In this document: positions 38,209 to 53,151 of the stretch, piece after piece
How positions within the stretch are numbered: the stretch's first letter is position 1
Layout: each line of letters starts with the position of its first letter
Assembly: GCF_006345805.1 (NCBI RefSeq)
Contig: NC_043007.1
Location: 20,398,001-20,462,000 of the forward strand
DNA: 64,000 bases
Direction of reading: 5' to 3'
DNA from: Octopus sinensis
Lineage: Eukaryota
Position numbers and translations under genes: made by a program
The notes under the pieces: generated by a model
The model's input: the letters and a program-made list of their open reading frames with translations, nothing else
Database searches by the model: none
What the model was told of the DNA's origin: nothing

Positions 38209-41200
38209 ATCACCAGTGCCGCTGGACTGGCTCCTGTGCAGGTGGCACGTAAAAAGCACCATTTGAGCGTGGCCGTTGCCAGTACTGCCTGACTGGCCCT
38301 CGTGCCGGTGGCACGTAAAAGCACCCACTTCTAACTAGTCAAAATGGCAGTACACAACTTTGGACATTGGAAAATCAAGACAACAGTTTAGCTAAACAAA
38401 CACAATTTTTACCAGTAAAACTAAAATGTATCAAAGTCTAGCTTACTTTGTGAGGCATCTTTTCTGTTTCATTGTTGCATTCAGGCACAGCAGATGGGGG
38501 TGGTGCATCGATCCACGACAAAGTTAATGGGTTGTCCTCAAGTCCATGTTCACACAATAAGGCTTTTTGCTGCAGAAGTCAGAAAAAAATTATATCTGTG
38601 TTTAAAGAAAACAGAAATATGAATACAACCCATAGTTTTACGGTTCAAATAACTCTCCTACATCTCTAAAACACACACACAACCTTTATTTAATAGGAAT
38701 GGAACTTGAGGGAGTAAATCATCATCATCATCATCATCATCGTTTAACGTCCGCTTTCCATGCTAGCATGGGTTGGACGATTTTGACTGAGGGCTGGCGA
38801 ACCAGATGGCTGCCCCAGGCTCCAATCTTGATTTGGCAGAGTTTCTACAGCCGGATGCCCTTCCTAACGCCAACCACTCCGAGAGTGTAGTGGGTGCTTT
38901 TTATGGTGCCACCGGCATGGGGGGGGGAGGGGCAGCCAGGCGGTACTAGCAATGACCTCGCTTGAATCTTTTTACACATGCCACTGGCACAGGTGTCAGT
39001 AAGGCGACGTTGGTAACGATCACGCTCAAATGGTGCCCTTTTACGTGCCACGGCACAGGGGCCAGTCAGGCGGTACTGGCAATGACCTCGCTCGAATCTT
39101 TTTACACGTGCCACTGAAGCGACATTGATAACGATCACGCTTGAAGAGCAAAAATCATGATCTACAAGTCTTTACAATCAATTGATTTGTAGTTACACAC
39201 CAGAAAAGAACCCCCACTTCTGTTTATATGTGTGGTGGTATGTTTGTTTTTTCTTACTTACAAAATCATACGCAAGCCATACCTGCACAAGAAGGATGAA
39301 ATAATGAAAAAAAGTCACATCATCATTTCAACTCTTTAGCATTCACATTATTCTGTCAAAATATAATGCTCATTTTAATTTTTTTTTTTATTTATGCACC
39401 CTTTTCAAGCCTAGCCAGGCTCATGGGCCCAGTGTAATCCAAAATATAACAATAAATTTATCAAAAAGATTTATTTTTACTTACAGCCATAGTCAGGGTC
39501 TTGAACTCCACAATTCCACTTCCATTTTTCTTACTCGATACAACCAGGGCGGTAACTTCCCCATACTTCAAAGAAACAGAATTACAAAGGCATTTAAAGA
39601 CAGTCACCAGCATCTTATAGTATCAACCTTTAGCATGCAGTAGGCACACCATGTCACCATATGAGTTTTCTCCCCTCTCAATGCGATAAATGCACCTGCA
39701 GCTACAGGGGAGGAAATTCGTACTGTGCCATGATGCATCTAAGCATGCAAAAGGTTAAGATAATGCATTTATATATTACTGATTGAAAATGGGAATACAT
39801 TTACGAATCAATAAATGTTTGCATCATCAACATTGTTTAACATCCACAGGTCAGATGGGATTTTTAGTTGTAGTTGATTGAGTTTGTGTAGCAGCAGCAC
39901 TATCTTAGATATTAAGCTCTCCAACCACGACAAGCCCCACATAAAAGGGCGGCAAGCTGCCAGAATCGTTAGCATGCCGGATAAAATGTGTAGCCGTATT
40001 TCGTCTGACGTTACATTCTGAGTTCAAATTCCGCCAAGGTCGATAAATAAAGTACCAGTTACACACTGGGGTCGATGTAATCGACTTAATCCATTTGTCT
40101 GTCCTTGTTTGTCCCCTCTATGTTTAGCCCCTTGTGGGCAATAAAGAAATAGATATGTAAATTGCATTTGAACTTTAGAAGGTTCAATCACATCATAAGT
40201 ATTTTTTTGTTCCTAAAGAAGTAATTATCACCATCTAATGTCTATTTTCCATGCTTGAATGGGTCGGATTCTTTGACAGAACCTGGTCAACCAGAGGACA
40301 ATGCCAAGCTCCAAAGTCTACTTTGGCATGGTTTCTACAGATGGATGCCATTTCTAACACCAACCACTTTACAGAGTGTACTGAATGGTTCTTACCTGGC
40401 ACTGGCACCAGTAAAGTTACCAGGTAATCCATAAGACCCCATGAGGGAGGGGTGGTGTAGTATTGAGGATGGTGGATTTATGCCCAGGTAATGAAGGGTA
40501 AAATTGCGACAGATGGACAAGAACAAATGTTTTGCTGTCAGGGAGGTACATGTAGCATCGCCATGAGAAATAAAATATATCATTCCTAGCAACCTTAAGT
40601 GTTTTAACTGTGTTGCACAAGTGTAGAGATATCATACAAGATTGTCTCATTGATATACAGAGCAACTGTGTTTTCGAGCAAGGAAACTAGTGTGTCTGGC
40701 CTCCACTGAGATCATCATCATCATCATCGTTTAACGACTGCTTTCCATGCTAGCATGGGTTGGACGATTTGACTGAGGTCTGGCAAACAAGATGGCTGCA
40801 CCAGACTCCAATCTGATCTGGCAGAGTTTTTACAGCTGGATGCCCTTCCTAATTGCTAACCACTCCGAGAGTGTAGTGGGTGCTTTTACGTGCCACCGGC
40901 ACGAGGACCAGTCAGGGGGCACTGGCAACGGCCACGCTCAAATGGTGCCTTTTATGTTCCACCTGCACAGGAGCCAGTCTAGTGGCCCTGGCAATGACCT
41001 CGCTCAAATGTTTTTTCACGTGCTACCAGCACAAGTGCCAGTAAGGTGACACAGGTAACGATCACACTCGAATGGTGTTTTTTTACATGCCATCCATACC
41101 TAAAAGCATTGGTACTAATGCCAAGTAAAAAGCACTGGTGATGTGGCCACATAAAAATCACTAGTGATGGTGCCATGTAAAAAGCACCCAGTACACTCTG

Positions 41201-44200
41201 TAATGTTGTTGGTGTTAGGAAGGAGATCCAGCTATAGAAACGAAGCCAAAACAGATTATGGAAGTGGTGTGGCCCCTGGCCTTGCCAACTCCTGAGAAAC
41301 CATCCAATTCATGCCAACATGGAAAATACATTAAATGAAGATGATGTTGAGAGGCAATGCAAATGAGGGATTAAGTTACTTATGGATGACATTTTTGATT
41401 GAATAACGTTGAGAAATAGATGTTTAAGGTAACGTGAAGAATTTATGCTTCATTATTCCACTCAATAACAACACTAAGTCTCCAATGGTGTCTTCATGGA
41501 TAACAAGATATTAATCATAAGAATTTGAAAATAAAACCCTTCATTTTGCTGAACAATTAGGATTTTTTTTTCCTGAAAATTTAATTCGCAAAACCTCCAA
41601 AAATATGAATAATGTGTTTGAAGCTACTCTTCAGAATCTAAATGTATATTTGAAGATCTTACCTTAGAAAACAATTCCTCCAAAATATCTGCCGTATAGC
41701 CACCATTTGAAATATCTCCTTTTTTGGATTTCCATTTGATCTTTGAAAATTAGAGAAAAAGAAATAATTTATGCAATATTTAATCTGGACAGATTCAGAT
41801 CCCTTCCTTTTTCTCAAATTATTTGAAGTACACTTCAGTCACCAAACAGACCCATCAAGATATCTCGTCTCCTTATAACCAATTGAGGAATAATTACTGT
41901 TATCGTTATCATTGTTTTAATCTAGCTCCAAGTCATCACTGATCAAAAATCTTCCAGCCATGACCATCTAGCCTTCTGTATATCTAGGACAACATTGCTC
42001 AATCTATCCTTGAAGGTAGGAAGTGATTTGAGAGAGATTTATCAGCAACTGGCAGTATCACCCAGCGTTGCTCAGGTTTGTTTTGACCCTTTAGAATTGG
42101 AATTTTTGAAAAGTAAAAATTTTGCATTATGTAGCTTGTTATCTCTTAAAGTGAACATTTTTCTGGTTGAAATACACCGAAAAATGGAAACACAGCAGTC
42201 AAAAAATGGTAAAAAATAGGGATTTTCATAGAAAAAGAAGCACCTTTTTGATGTAAATAATTTTTGGTGTTAACATGGTCCGATTTGAATTTTATCTTCT
42301 ACAGAAGGAAGAGCAAGCCTTCTTTTATAATACTCTCAATTTTGGTCAACTTGCACCGCAGGGTCTTGGAGGAGATAGTGTTAGCTGAAGATTACCAAAC
42401 CTGCCATACACAGACAACTTCAGCTTTATATATACTTATAAACCCCTTCAGAGGTGTCTTCAGCTCTAGTGTTGGGTGCATGTCTTCTTTCTTCTGTTCC
42501 CTGGCCTCTTCGATGTATCATCAGCGAGCGTCAGCCGGTGACTGACTGGTCAAATTTTTCCCTTTAAATACCTGTCGCTAGGGAATTTGACAGGAAAGAC
42601 ACATCTGCAACCATGTCTAAAACAGGTCACATTAACTGCACTTAGCTGCCAATCAAAAAATGCAAATAGACTGAGTTGCTTTCACCTTGAATCAGAAAAT
42701 ATCAACCTAAATTTATGACACGCTACAAACCACAGCTAATATCATAGTTACATCCACAGTTAACTCAACAGTGAAAGTTACAAATATTACTGGCACCTGT
42801 GCTGGTGGCATGTGTAAAAAGATTCGAGCGAGGTCGTTGCCAGTACCACCTGACTGGCCCTGTGCCAGTGGCACGTAAAAAGCACTCACTACACTCACGG
42901 AGTGGTTGGCGTTAGGAAGGGCATCCAGCTGTAGAAACTCTGCCAGATCAGACTGGAACCTGGTGCAGCCATCTGGTTCGCCAGCCCTCAGTCAAAACCG
43001 TCCAACCCATGCTAGCATGGGAAGCAGACGTTAAACGATGATGATGATGATAATTACAAACATGTTTTTCTTCAAAAATAGTTAAATAGATTTAAAATTA
43101 AATTACCTTTAATCGGGGAAGCAGCTCCGATGAAGCTAAACACAAAAAGAAATATAATCTATATATAAATGATATAAGAAACCAGTTCATGACAGCAACA
43201 ATACAAGCAATTAACCCTTTCGTGTTTAAACCGGCTGTATCCGGCCCAAATATTCTACACATTTTATGCTCAAACTGGCCAGAACCAGCATCTCACACCT
43301 ACCCTGCAATGTCATTCTTAAAATAAGCAATTACGTCTTTCCTATCTGGAAGCTACAAAATAATATCTGATAATTTTTTTTTAAATGTGAATAAATAAGG
43401 ACTATTTTTGCCAAATTAATCTGAATTCTAAAGGGTTAAATGACAACTATATAAGCTCACATGTAACTTATAGTTACATGTCCATACATAGCCAACTATA
43501 CTTATAAATTGGTAACTCCACCTACAGGCTTCTTTCAGTTTCTGCCTACCAAATCCACTCACAAGGCTTTGGTTGGCTCGAAGCTATAGTAGAAGACACT
43601 TGTCCAAAGTGCCACGCAGTGGGACTGAACCCAGAACCATGTGATTTGTAAGCAAGCTACTTACCACACAGCCACTCCTACACCTATATATATATGTATA
43701 TATCGGCATTGAAGCCAGTCGTACCAGTGCCGCCTCGACTGGCTTCTCTGCTGGTGGCACGTAAAAAGCACCATCCGAACGTGGCCGATGCCAGCACCGC
43801 CTCGACTGGCTTCTGTGCCGGTGGTACGTTAAAAGCACCAACCAATCGTGGCCGATGCCAGACTCCTCTGGCACGTAAAAAGCACCCACTACACTCGTGG
43901 AGTGGTTGGCGTTAGGAAGGGCATCCAGCTGTAGAAACACTGCCAGATTAGACTGGAGCCTGGTGCAGCCCCTGGCTTCCCAGACCCCGGTCGAACCATC
44001 CAACCCGTGCTAGCGCGGAAAACGGACATTAAACGATGATGATATATATATATAAAGAAATATATTACTAATTACTTTCATTTATCTCGTGTTTTGACTC
44101 TTCCTCATTCATTTTTTCCTGCTTCATTTGTTCTTTTAGATATTCTTGTTCTTCCGCCAATAATTTAGAACCTTCTTTCTGTAAACGTTCAATCTGCAAA

Positions 44201-47200
44201 ACAAAACAGAAAAAAAAGTTGAATCATTAGTTTTAAGGTTCGTAACAAATACCTATCATTCTTCGTTTTTTAATCAAATCCATTCAGGTGTTGTTAGTCT
44301 TCTTAATTTTCACGATTCATGATTCACAAATCAAAATATTTCTAGTAATCAAACAAAAACTTTCATATTCAGCTTGAGCAGGTGTTATAATTAATTAATT
44401 TACATTACATATCTCCACTTTTAAGTAATGTAATAGCATCCATTTTTGTCTTAATAAAATGACTAGCTTTTACTCTTTTACTTGTTTCAGTCATTTGACT
44501 GTGGCCATGCTGGAGCACCGCCTTTAGTCGAGCAAATCAACCCCAGGACTTATTCTTTGTAAGCCTAATACTTATTGTATCAGTCTCTTTTGCTGGGGAC
44601 GTAAACACACCAGCATCGGTTATCAACAGACACACAAACACATATATATATCCAACGGGCTTCTTTCAGTTTCCGCCTACCAAATCCACTCACAAGGCTT
44701 TGGTCTGCTTGAGGCTTGCCCAAGGTGCCACGCAGTCAAACTGAAGCTGGAACGGTGTGGTTGGTAAGCAAGCTACTTACCACACAGCCACTCCTGTGTA
44801 AAGGTTATTTGTTTAAAATCCTGTTTTTGATGTCCAATCTTCCATTACCCACCAATAAATAAAGAGGTTTTAATAGTTTTTAGGAAACAAGTCATATTCT
44901 CACCTCAGCTTGTAAATTTATATACGATGCAGCTTCTTTCGCTTTCTGTTGCTCATAAGCATTTTCTCGGGCTTCTAAGTCTTGAAAATATAAAAAAAAT
45001 ATGGAACTTTATGTTGATGACAAGAATAAATGTTTAATATTTTGGAATGATTTTTCTCCTTTTATTCTGGAGCAGTTGTTTAACCTCTTAGCATTAACAT
45101 CACTCTGTTAAAATTAATGCTTTTTTTTTAATTCACATTGTTTTAAATTAATCATGCATTATCTTACAGCTATGAGATTTTGATGAGAATTCAACAAAGA
45201 ATTTACAATGATTATTAACCCTTTCGTTACCGTATTTCTGTTGAGATGCCCTGTGTTTCTTTCAATTACTTTAAATATAACAACGAATTTAGCAAAATAA
45301 CTTAGTTATCATTCAGCTAGTGTTTGGAACATAAATTGTGTCTAAGGTTTGGTGGAAGATTTTAATTCAAAACTTATAAAAACAAGACATTTGTACTCAG
45401 AGCCAGAGCCGGTTTCAGCCGGGTTGGTAATGAAAGGGTTAAATAATAATTTTAAAAGCCAAACACTCTATACAACATGTTAATTATTAACTAAGCATTC
45501 AAAACAAATCTAATATATTCACTTACACTGCAAGTTATCAAATATGCATGAAGCCTTAAATAGTCCAAAGATATAACAATGATTTCGGATCATAGCAGCC
45601 TACTATTTGATAGGTGCAAGTGTGGGTGTGTGGTTAAGGATCTTGTTACCAATCATGCAGTCTTGGGTTCAGTCCTACTGTGTGGTACATTGGGCAAGTA
45701 TCCTCTAATATAGCCCTGGGTTCACCAAAAGCCTTGTAAATGGATTTGGTAGACAGAAACTAAAAGAAGCCCATCGTATTTATGCATACTGACATGGGTT
45801 GGATGGTTTGACAGGAGTTGGCAATCCAGGGGACTGTGCCAAACTCCAATGTCTGCTACGGCAAGGTTCCATAGCTGGATAACCTTCATAGTTTCCAAAC
45901 AGCAATCATTTTACAGAGGGTACTGGATGCTTGTTACATGGCACCAACACCAGTGAGTTCTCCAAGTAACTCACAAGACAAAACCCCACAATTGAGCAAG
46001 GTGTTGTTGTATTGAGGGAAGTGGCTTTATGTCAAATTATGAGAGATTAGAGCAGTGTTCCGTGGAACCTTAGGGTTCTGCCAGTACAGTCCATGGGTTC
46101 CGCAAGAAGTTACAAAAATGCTAAAATCAATAGTAATTTTTAATTCTCCTGTGCAGATATGTGTGTATAAGACTATTAAATTATTGCACAGGGGTTCCTC
46201 GAGCCAGTGGAATGTTTCCTTGGGGTTCCACTCCAGCAAAAAGGTTGAAAAGCACTGGATTAAAGTATGATAGAGAGGCAGGTACAGATGTCTTGCTGTG
46301 GGGCAAATACATATTAGATCTTAAAATACATATGTTTTTATGTATATATATAACAAAGTAAAAGACATCAGTCAGTTTAAAACTATTCACCTTCTTTGAG
46401 TTTTTTCCGTTTACTGTCAAGTTCCTTATTTCTTATAATGGCAGCCTTTTTAGCTCGCCATATCTTGTCATATGCTGCCTGATAGAAAATATTTTATGTA
46501 TTTAATTGTGAAATAAAATATTCATTCAACTATAAAAACATTAAAAAATCAAAAGCATATTTATAAACAATAAGATGAAACCCGGAACAGTTGTCTTTTT
46601 AATCACATTACCCACACTATATATACATAGATATACACAACTAATGTAGGATAAAATTTTATCAATGGCCAGCATATCAAAAAATACCTTTAAAGGTTAA
46701 ATTTATAAATAACTTATAAAATAAGGGCAAAAGTAAAATTCTAATGCCAAATATGCCGAAATAAGACAAAATTGTCAATAACCATTATAATTTATGCGTC
46801 TCAAAACAAGCCAATAGAAATTTCTAAAAAATCCATTTTTATCGTATTGGTCCCAATTTCGGGGTTAATTCATAAGAATTTTCCCCTCCTCAGCGATAAA
46901 TACATAAGACATAAATGAAATACTTACTCATACCCATGGAAAAATATATAGATATAGATATATATATATAGATATGTGTGTGTATCAGTTTTGCACAAAT
47001 ACACTGAAAACTTACCTTCGCTGATATATCGGTTAAAACTTCAAGAGCCTTGGATAACTGTTGAAACTCTAGTGCTGGAATATAAGAAGAAAAAATCACG
47101 GTAATATTGATTTCAAATTTTGTCACAAAGCCAGCAATTTTGGGCAAGTGGGTAAGTTGATGCCATCAACTCCTGTGTTCAGCTGGTACTTACTTTATCA

Positions 47201-50200
47201 ACGGTGGCTAGCTGGCAGAATCGTTAGCACGCCGGGTGAAGTGCTTAGCGGTATTTCGTCTGCTGTTACGTTCTGAGTTCAAATTCCGCCAAGGTCGACT
47301 TTGCCTTTCATCCTTTCGGGGTTGATTAAATAAGTACCAGTTACGCACTGATGTCGATATAATCGACTTAAACCGTTTATCTGTCCTTGTTTGTCTTCTC
47401 TGTGTTTAGCCCCTTGTGGGTAGTAAAGAAATAAGTACTTACTTTATCAACCCCTAAAGGATGAAAGGCAAGGTAGACCTCAACAGAACTTGAACTCAGA
47501 ACATTAAGATGAATGAAATGCTACTAAGCAATTTGCCAGGTATGCTAATGATTCTGTCAACCTGCTTCCTCAACTGTCACATATTAGGAATTTCTTCTTT
47601 CTGGAAATGTTATCATTCGTGTTAGCAGAAGTTGTATGCTTTTGTAAACTTAGACATTTGTGCTATTGTTTTATGTTAAATGAGAATAGCATCTATGGAT
47701 GGTTAGTCGAGCGCTTACTAAAAAGTATATAACCTTGGAGTAATTAAACAAACACTTAATGACAAATAAAGGGCTTCACTTGATCTGCTTGAAATAGCAT
47801 CTAAATCTCCCTCACTTCATGCCATACAGTCTTAAATAAGGGCAACTAAAGTGGAGAAAGTAATCTGGTGAACAAAAAGAGGGGATGGTCACAGCTAGAA
47901 AGGCTCCGACTGATCAAGGTAGACCTGGAACTAAACAATTTATCCACCAAAAATGCACCAATCTCAGGTTGTATCAAATTATTGATTTGGCGTTAGAAAC
48001 ACTGCCAGACCAGACTGGGGCCTATATCTTCTTTTACAGTTTCATTCATTGGACTTTAACTACGCTGGGACAAGACCTTCAGATTGTCTAATCAATTATA
48101 TCGACTGCAGCACTTAAATCAAATAATCAGTTAGTGAATGGTTAAATTTCCTGTCACGTCGCTGTAGGGAGTTATCTCCCTTCACTCGCTAAACGTCACA
48201 AACAATTTACACTAACTCGCACATATGATCTGCTCCTGTAATATCTCTACCCACCATTCTTTACTCGGAAGTAATTGGTCAATTACTACAGTAAAGATAG
48301 ATCCTGAGGGTGCCACAGTGTTCGTAATCTTTTTCAAAATAAAGTCAAACCTGCACCTACAATTTCTTTTTTGCCTCTCATCCTCTGTTGCACTCTAATC
48401 TCCTCCAACTCTATTTTTTTGCATTCAGCCTATTCCTGTCGCTCTCATCAATTGCTCTTCCAATCAATAATTAAATTATTATTGCAGCTATTATTTATCA
48501 TTACATTCTAAGAGTTTAAATATTAAGGAGGTTGATTTTGTCTTGTGGCACGTAAAAAGCACCATCCGAGCGTGGCCGTTTGCCAGCCTCCCCTGGCACC
48601 TGTGCAGGTGGCACGTAAAAAGCACCCACTACACTCACGGAGTGGTTGGCATTAGGAAGGGCATCCAGCTGTAGAAACACTGCCAGATCAGACTGGGCCT
48701 GGCACAGCCTTCTGGCTTCTCAGACCCCAGCTGAACCGTCCAACCCATGCTAGCATGGAAAACAGACGTTAAACGATGATGATGATGATTCCGTCTAAAA
48801 TCTATAATTAAATTATTAAGTTTCGTTTTTGGATTTGGTTTGCAAAATTCTTTATATGAGTTTGTGTGTTGAAGCATATTCTGTTGTGTCTAGGGAGAGT
48901 CATTCTCTTTTTGTGCCTTATTATGCAACACACTCACCGGTAAAATTTCCACCTTTTTCTTATTTTTATTGTTCTAAAATTTTCGTTGCGTCTTGCTACC
49001 TTTTCAATAGTTTTGGGAGTCAAAACTATTGAAAAGGTTGAAGCATATACTGTTGCGTCTGGGGAGAGTCATTCTCTTTTGGTGCCTTGTGGTTTAACAC
49101 GTTCACCGGTGGAGTTTCCACTTATTTCTTTTTAATTTTTCTAAGGTTTTCGTTGCATCTTGCAACCTTTTCAATAATTTTGAGAGTCAAAACTATTGAA
49201 AAGGTTGCAAAATGCAACGGAAATTTTAGGAAAATATAAATAGGTGCAGGAGTGGCTGTGTGGTAAGTAGCTTGCTAACCAACCACATGGTTTCGGGTTC
49301 AGTCCCACTGTGTGGCATCTTGGGCAAGTGTCTTCTGCTATAGCCCCGGGCCGACCAATGCCTTGTGAGTGGATTTGGTAGACGGAAACTGAAAGAAGCC
49401 TGTCGTATATATGTATATATATATATATATATGTGTGTATGTTTGTCCCCCCAACATCGCTTGACAACCGATGCTGGTGTGTTTACGTCCCCGTCACTTA
49501 GCGGTTCGGCAAAAGAGACCGATAGAATAAGTACTGGGCTTACAAAGAATAAGTCCCGGGGTCGATTTGCTCGACTAAAAAGGCGGTGCTCCAGCATGGC
49601 CGCAGTCAAATGACTGAAACAAGTAAAAAAAGAAAAAAAGAGAAATAAGAAAAAAAGTGGAAATTTTACCGGTGAGTGTGTTACATAATAAGGCACAAAA
49701 AGAAATGATTCCCTCCAGACACAACAGAATAAATTATTAAGAGGTTGATTTTGTCTTTTATTTCATCTAAAATCCGTAAGATTATACCTCTTCTACTATA
49801 AATATGCAGTCTGGTATCGATATAAAACCTCACCATTATGTATTATTACTGAATGTGTATCAACATACATTATCATTATTGCATTATATGTTTGTGTTAT
49901 GGGAGAATCCCAAACACCTCAGCATGTCTGAAGAGAGACTCACCGATTACAGAAGAAATGAGTGAACCGTCAGTAGCTGAACAGTGACTATTGAGTATTG
50001 TACCTACATTTGAGTAATATGAAGTGAATACAGTGTTAACATGTGTCTATAATAGGTTATTTTTACATAACTACAACCACCTCTCTCTCTTTTACTCTTT
50101 TACTTGTTTCAGTCATTTGACTACAGCCATGCTGGAGCACCGTCTTTAATCGAGCAAGTCGGCCCCAGGACTTATTCTTTTGTAAGCCCAGTATTTATTC

Positions 50201-50296
50201 TATCGGTCTCTTTTGCCGAACCGCTAAGTTACAGGGACGTAAACACACCAGCATCGGTTGTCAAGCAATGCTAGGGGGACAAACACAGACACACAA

Positions 50297-50327
<31 letters not shown>

Positions 50328-53086
50328 CATATATACGACAGGCTTCTTTCAGTTTCTGTCTACCAAATCCACTCACAAGGCTTTGGTCGGCCCAAGGCTA
50401 TAGGAGAAGACACTTGCCCAAGGTGCCACGCAGTGGGACTGAACCATGTGGTTGGTAAACAAGCTACTTACCACACAGCCACTCCTGCGCCTATTTATTT
50501 GTGTAATAATATTTTACGCCAGACATGTATATCCACGCCATATCAGTTTGTTATTTTAAAATGTATTAATCATTATTACAATTTGGATTACAATGAATTT
50601 TTCCAAATGGATTTCTCACCTGCGTTTGCATTATCTGGATTTTTATCAGGATGGCATTTCAGAGCTTTTTTTCTGTAGGCTGAAATAATCTGGGGGAAAA
50701 AAAATAAAAGAACAAATAAACATTACGTACAAGTAAAATTCCATTCAAACTTTTCATTCAACTTAAAGCAGCTTCATAACGATATGTTCTTGTTTCAAAT
50801 AGTCTGTACAAGAAAGGTCCACAAGGCCCCTGGGGTGTCCATATAAGATTTTGTTGCAATACACAAAATCATCATCATCGTTTAACGTCCATTCTCCATG
50901 CTAGCAGGGGTTGGACTGTTCGACTGGGGATCTGGGAAGCCAGGAGGCTGCACCAGGCTCCAGTCTGATTTGGCAGTGTTTCTACAGCTGGATGCCCTTC
51001 CTAACGCCAACCACTCCGTGAGTGTAGTGGGTGCTTTTTACGTGCCAGGGGAGGCTGCCAGCAGCCATGATCAGATTGGTGCATTTTACGTGCCACCGGC
51101 ACGGAAGCCAGTCGAGGTGGCTCTGGCAATCGGCCAAAAATATTTTGACAATTTCTTATACAATTCCTAAAAATTATAAAAGTATATTACGGAGATGTAC
51201 TTGCATAGCAAGTGACCTGATCTGAGATCGTGTGCTGGAACGAAAACAATTGCAGCGTGTATGGTGTTTAGCACGGAATTTTGTCAGTGAACAGGTCGCG
51301 GTCTCAAAGCGCCGAAAATATTTTGACAACTTAAATTTAAATGTTGAAGTGAATCTAACGGATTTTGTGTGTTTCTTAAATGGCTTATAAACACCTTCCA
51401 TGCTGCAATTGTTTATAAAAATATAATAGAATTTTTTTTTTTAAATCAAAATAGATGAACATCAATGGAATTTGTATCCTTGTGGTACCAGTGCCGGTGG
51501 CACATAAGAAAACCATCCGAACGTGATCGTAGCCAGTACCGCAACGACTGGCCTCCGTGCTGAAGGCACGTAACAAACACCATCCGAGCGTGGTCGTCCG
51601 CCAGCCCCGTCTGGCACCTGTGTCGGTGACACATAAGAAAACACCATCCGAGCGTGGCCGTCAGCCAGCCTCGTCTGGCACCTGTGTCGGTGGCACATAA
51701 AAAACACCATCCGAGCGTGGCCGTCTGCCAGCCTCGTCTGGCACCTGTGTCGGTGGCACATAAAATCACCCACTACACTCTCGGAGTGGTTGGCGTTAGG
51801 AAGGGCATCCAGCTGTAGAAACACTGCCAGATCTGACTGGCCTGGTGCAGCCTTCGGGCTTGCCAGACCCCAGTTGAACCGTCCAACCCATGCTAGCATG
51901 GAAAGCGGACGTTAAACGATGATGATGATTAGATGGGAATGGGGGTCCACCCGAGTAAAATAGGAATCAAAAGGATCCAAAGGTAAAAATGGTTGAGAAC
52001 TACTGCTCTATATGATCACAAGACCTGCTAAAAGTAGCAGCCAAATTTCCTTCAAATCGCACCTTACTACTCATTACATAATAGTCCGAAGAATGATGTT
52101 TGAGAGGTCAGTTACAGTTGAAACCTCTTTGAAGAAAGAGCTGCCTGACTTGGGTTGACTTGGAGTCAAACAACTTGACTATATTCAGAACATGTTCTAA
52201 AATACACCGGTCATATGTTTCTTTTTCTCTTTCTCTCAGACATACTATCTCCATTACATAGTAGACCTGAAACTAAATATCAAACACTTTGCCTAATTAA
52301 CGTATTTTAAGGAACACTTTTTTGTCAAAAATTAGGTTAAAAAATATGGGAGTTTCTTATACATGGATAGTATTATAATCCCTTTAAAAAATCTCTTTTC
52401 CAAATTTTAAGCCCCAAAAATTAGGGGGTTCCTTATACACGTTAAATACGGTACTTCTGGTTAGAATTCTAGCAGCCTTTTGGCGTTATTATAATAATGA
52501 AATTGTTGTATACAGTGCTCAGGTGCACCACAACTTGGCAAAAAGTGCGTATAAAGTATATGCAGTAATGTACAAATCAAATATACAAATTTTAGATTCC
52601 TATCAAATATACAAATATAATTGCTTGTATCCCTCTGAAACTTGGTTTAGTCTCATTTATTAAAGGTCACTCATTAACTTGAAACATCGGTAAATCTTAC
52701 CCATTAACGCAATGTTTAAAAAGGAGCGAAACAGCGCCATCCTTTCTTTGCACCAAACATTAGGGTTCTTTCCATCACAGATCCACTTTAAAAAATACAT
52801 TATTAAAACCCAAAACAAAAAGTAAACTTCTTCTCTGGTTGTATAATCCAGTAAGACTACATACAAGTTCAAAATCCGCATTTAATCGATAAGCTGGAAT
52901 ATTTAAATTTGAATTCATACTTTCGAAGGTTGTAAATATTTTCGCAAACTTCCTCAGTTTCAAAGTAAGATATTAGCAAATCGCTCCATGGAGCTAAGGT
53001 TACCAAGAGACATCTTTCGGTACAAGTACCATAACTGCCAAGTCTGTTTGTTTACATCTGAAGAAGATCGTCACTTTCTGTAAAGT

Positions 53087-53151
<65 letters not shown>

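Noticed and set aside
49920-49980. CTGAAGA GAGACTCA...TGAGT GAACCGTC hammerhead-like string
   Set aside because: Stem II base and GAAA are incomplete and there is no clear stem I; at best a heavily decayed relic.
52905-52965. - strand CTGAGGA...GAAA candidate hammerhead
   Set aside because: Core and stem II overlap out of register, and there is no valid stem III or NUH triplet.
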